In this document: one piece after another, positions 61,864 to 64,000 of the stretch | Layout: every line of letters starts with the position of its first letter | How positions within the stretch are numbered: the first letter of the stretch is position 1 | Assembly: GCA_002269645.1 (NCBI GenBank) | Contig: NIVC01002288.1 | Location: forward strand, 37,263 to 101,262 | Length of the DNA: 64,000 nucleotides | Source of the DNA: Macrostomum lignano | Lineage: Eukaryota | Reading direction: 5' to 3' | Made by a program: the position numbers and the translations under genes | Notes under the pieces: generated by a model | The model's input: the letters and a program-made list of their open reading frames with translations, nothing else | Database searches by the model: none | Told to the model about the DNA's origin: nothing

Positions 61864-63639
61864 ATGTTCGGCAGTCTATTTGGCGGTGCCAGCAAGCTGC
61901 TGGGCTCCGTTGCCGACACCGTTACCATGGCGGTGACGGGTGACACGCAGCAGCAGCCAAGTCAACAGAACCAGCAAGCAGCTGGTCGAGGGACAGCACT
62001 GTCGCAGCAGCAGCAGCAGCCTCCGCGTCCGCAGCAGCCCGCAAACAGCTTCTTTCAGAACCGCGGACCCGGGTCCGGTTTTCAGCAGCAGCAGCAGCCT
62101 GCGCCGCCCCAGCAGCAGCAACAACAACAGCCACGACTTCAACAGCAGCCACAGCAGCAGCAGCAGCAGCAACAACAGCAGCAAAAGCAAATGCAACACT
62201 ATCAGAATCAGCCACAACAGCAGTTTCAGCAGCAACAGCAACTGTCCCAACAACAGCAGCGACTCCAACAACAACAGACTCAACCGTCGTTACAGCAGAG
62301 CACTCAGCAGTTTCAACAGCAGCAGCAACCACAGACACAGCAGCAAACGACGCAGTCGCAGTCACGTCAGCAGCAACAGGTTAATCACCAACAAATTTCA
62401 AAACCGCAGCCGCAGCTGCCGCAACAACCCCAACAACCTCATCAGCAGACACTTAATCATCAAGCACAGCCACATTATCAGCAGGTCAATCAGCCATTGT
62501 TAGAAAATCAGCACCATCGAAGTTCCCAATATCAACAGCAGCAAAACTCTCCAAGCCAGCAACAGCAACAGCAGAATCCCACGAATCCTCAAGTAAAATC
62601 CCAATATAACCAGCAACAGAACCAGCCTTCGTATCAACAGCAGCAGCTGCAAAACCAATCACATCAACAGCAGCCACAGCAGTCACAGCAAGCAGCGCAG
62701 TACCAACCCCAGCAACTGCAGCAACAATCAATGAAACAACAACCAATGCAACAACAACCAATGAAACAACAACCAATGCAACAACCAATACCGCAACAAC
62801 CAATGCAACAACAACCAATGAAACAACAACCAATGCAGCAACAACCAATATCGCAACAAACAATACCGCAACACCCAATGCCGCAGCAACCAATGCAGCA
62901 ACAACCAATGCAGCAACAACCAATACCGCAACAACCAATGCCGCAACAACCAATGCCGCAACAACCAATGCCGCAACAACCAATGCCGCAGCAGTCGCTG
63001 CCTTCGCAAGCGCAACAGCAGCAGTATCAGCAGCAGTCGTGGCAGCCGTCCCAGCTTCAGCCGCAGCAGCCTCTGCAACAGCAGCCACAGTACTATCAAC
63101 AACAGCAGTATCCACAGCAGTTGCAACAGCCTCCAGCACCACAGCAGCCTCAACAGCCTCCGCCACAGCAGCATCACGATGGTCTCTTTGGAGGCCTGAC
63201 TTCAAAGATCGCTGAGCTCACTCGGAAAGCTTCCTCTCACGGCAATAGTACTGACCACTCAAGTCAGCCACAGCAACAGCAACAGCAGCTAAATCAACAA
63301 AACCAATGGCAACAGCCGCAACCTCCTCAATGGCAGCATTCGTCGATGGCGAACAATCACGGCTACGCTGGTCAGACAGTCAATCAGTTCAGTTTTACGG
63401 CTGGTCAAACTGGACAGCAGCAGAATGCTGCCTGGATGAGTTCCGGCGACTTCGCTAGCGGCTCTGTCGGGTGGCAACAAAACATTCAACAGCCCCAGAC
63501 AGCTACAGGCTACGGCTACGAGTGTGCCCAGGCAGCTGCAGGCTCCGCCCGACATCGCTTTGGTTTGGTCAATCGGCCGCGACAAATGCGACTTCAAGTG
63601 AATACTGGCAGCAGCAGCAACCGCAGCCGCCACTGCTAA
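61864..63639 (+). CDS. Gln/Pro-rich low-complexity protein, N-terminal coding exon (probably continues beyond the window via frameshifts or small introns)
   Basis: AG acceptor then GCCATG at 61864; ~590-codon open frame MFGSLFGGASKLLGSVADT..polyQ..(QQPMQ)n; mixed CAA/CAG codon usage argues for real coding. Only a weak, unverified resemblance to Piccolo/Bassoon N-terminal motifs. Confidence 0.65.
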   Translation: MFGSLFGGASKLLGSVADTVTMAVTGDTQQQPSQQNQQAAGRGTALSQQQQQPPRPQQPANSFFQNRGPGSGFQQQQQPAPPQQQQQQQPRLQQQPQQQQQQQQQQQKQMQHYQNQPQQQFQQQQQLSQQQQRLQQQQTQPSLQQSTQQFQQQQQPQTQQQTTQSQSRQQQQVNHQQISKPQPQLPQQPQQPHQQTLNHQAQPHYQQVNQPLLENQHHRSSQYQQQQNSPSQQQQQQNPTNPQVKSQYNQQQNQPSYQQQQLQNQSHQQQPQQSQQAAQYQPQQLQQQSMKQQPMQQQPMKQQPMQQPIPQQPMQQQPMKQQPMQQQPISQQTIPQHPMPQQPMQQQPMQQQPIPQQPMPQQPMPQQPMPQQPMPQQSLPSQAQQQQYQQQSWQPSQLQPQQPLQQQPQYYQQQQYPQQLQQPPAPQQPQQPPPQQHHDGLFGGLTSKIAELTRKASSHGNSTDHSSQPQQQQQQLNQQNQWQQPQPPQWQHSSMANNHGYAGQTVNQFSFTAGQTGQQQNAAWMSSGDFASGSVGWQQNIQQPQTATGYGYECAQAAAGSARHRFGLVNRPRQMRLQVNTGSSSNRSRHC

Positions 63640-64000
63640 ATGCCGACAGTCAGAGCAGCGAGATAGGCGGGATCTATAGCAGCATTAGTATGACCACCGA
63701 CCCTACATCAGGGCCGCCATGCGAGGCGAGATGCTTCCCGACGCGCCCTGCTTTACTGGCGGCAACCGGACCGGCGGAAACTCTTCGTCTTCCTACTTGG
63801 AGAGGCTGCTGGCTGGCCACGACAGCCGGAGTCTGGCTCGCCAGTCCACCGACATTCTCGACGATGATGATCCAACGCTGACCGCGGCTGCCCGGCACCG
63901 GCGCAGCCGATGGTGGCTCGATTCCACCCGGGATGATCCGGCCACAACGTCCGGGCGAGTCCGCGCGGCGAGTCCGGCCGTCATCATTGGCCGACGCGGT

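Noticed and set aside
61876-63633. Hydrophobic poly-Leu/Val/Ala ORFs on the minus strand
   Set aside because: They are antisense shadows of the CAG/CAA-rich plus-strand ORF.

Overview
Eukaryotic (metazoan) genomic DNA. GC-rich exons, minisatellite-filled introns and the gene set suggest a free-living flatworm such as Macrostomum, but this is inference and no diagnostic marker was seen. Five protein genes were reconstructed by hand: a CCDC186-like coiled-coil protein (-, 6 exons), an insulin/IGF-type receptor tyrosine kinase (-, 11 core exons plus 2 putative cassette exons), eEF1B-alpha/EF-1-beta (+, 3 exons), Rab24 (+, 2 exons) and the start of a Gln/Pro-rich protein (+, runs towards the window end with apparent frameshifts). 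All 20 predicted introns between coding exons contain a tandem array, almost always with a unit unique to that intron; several units carry dyads or perfect TF consensus sites (STAT, AP-1). The AT-rich 33-52 kb block is a DNA-transposon graveyard: a decayed full-length Merlin with two related non-autonomous elements, a CATAC-ended 8-bp-TSD family, a maT-like Tc1/mariner deletion derivative, and hAT-like ends. The transposase lesions there are dominated by C>T/G>A changes. A 1.57-kb TA-flanked long-TIR element lies at 1.2-2.8 kb and a tRNA-derived CORE-like SINE at 28.2 kb. Most long ORFs in the supplied track are artefacts of repeats with unit lengths divisible by 3.
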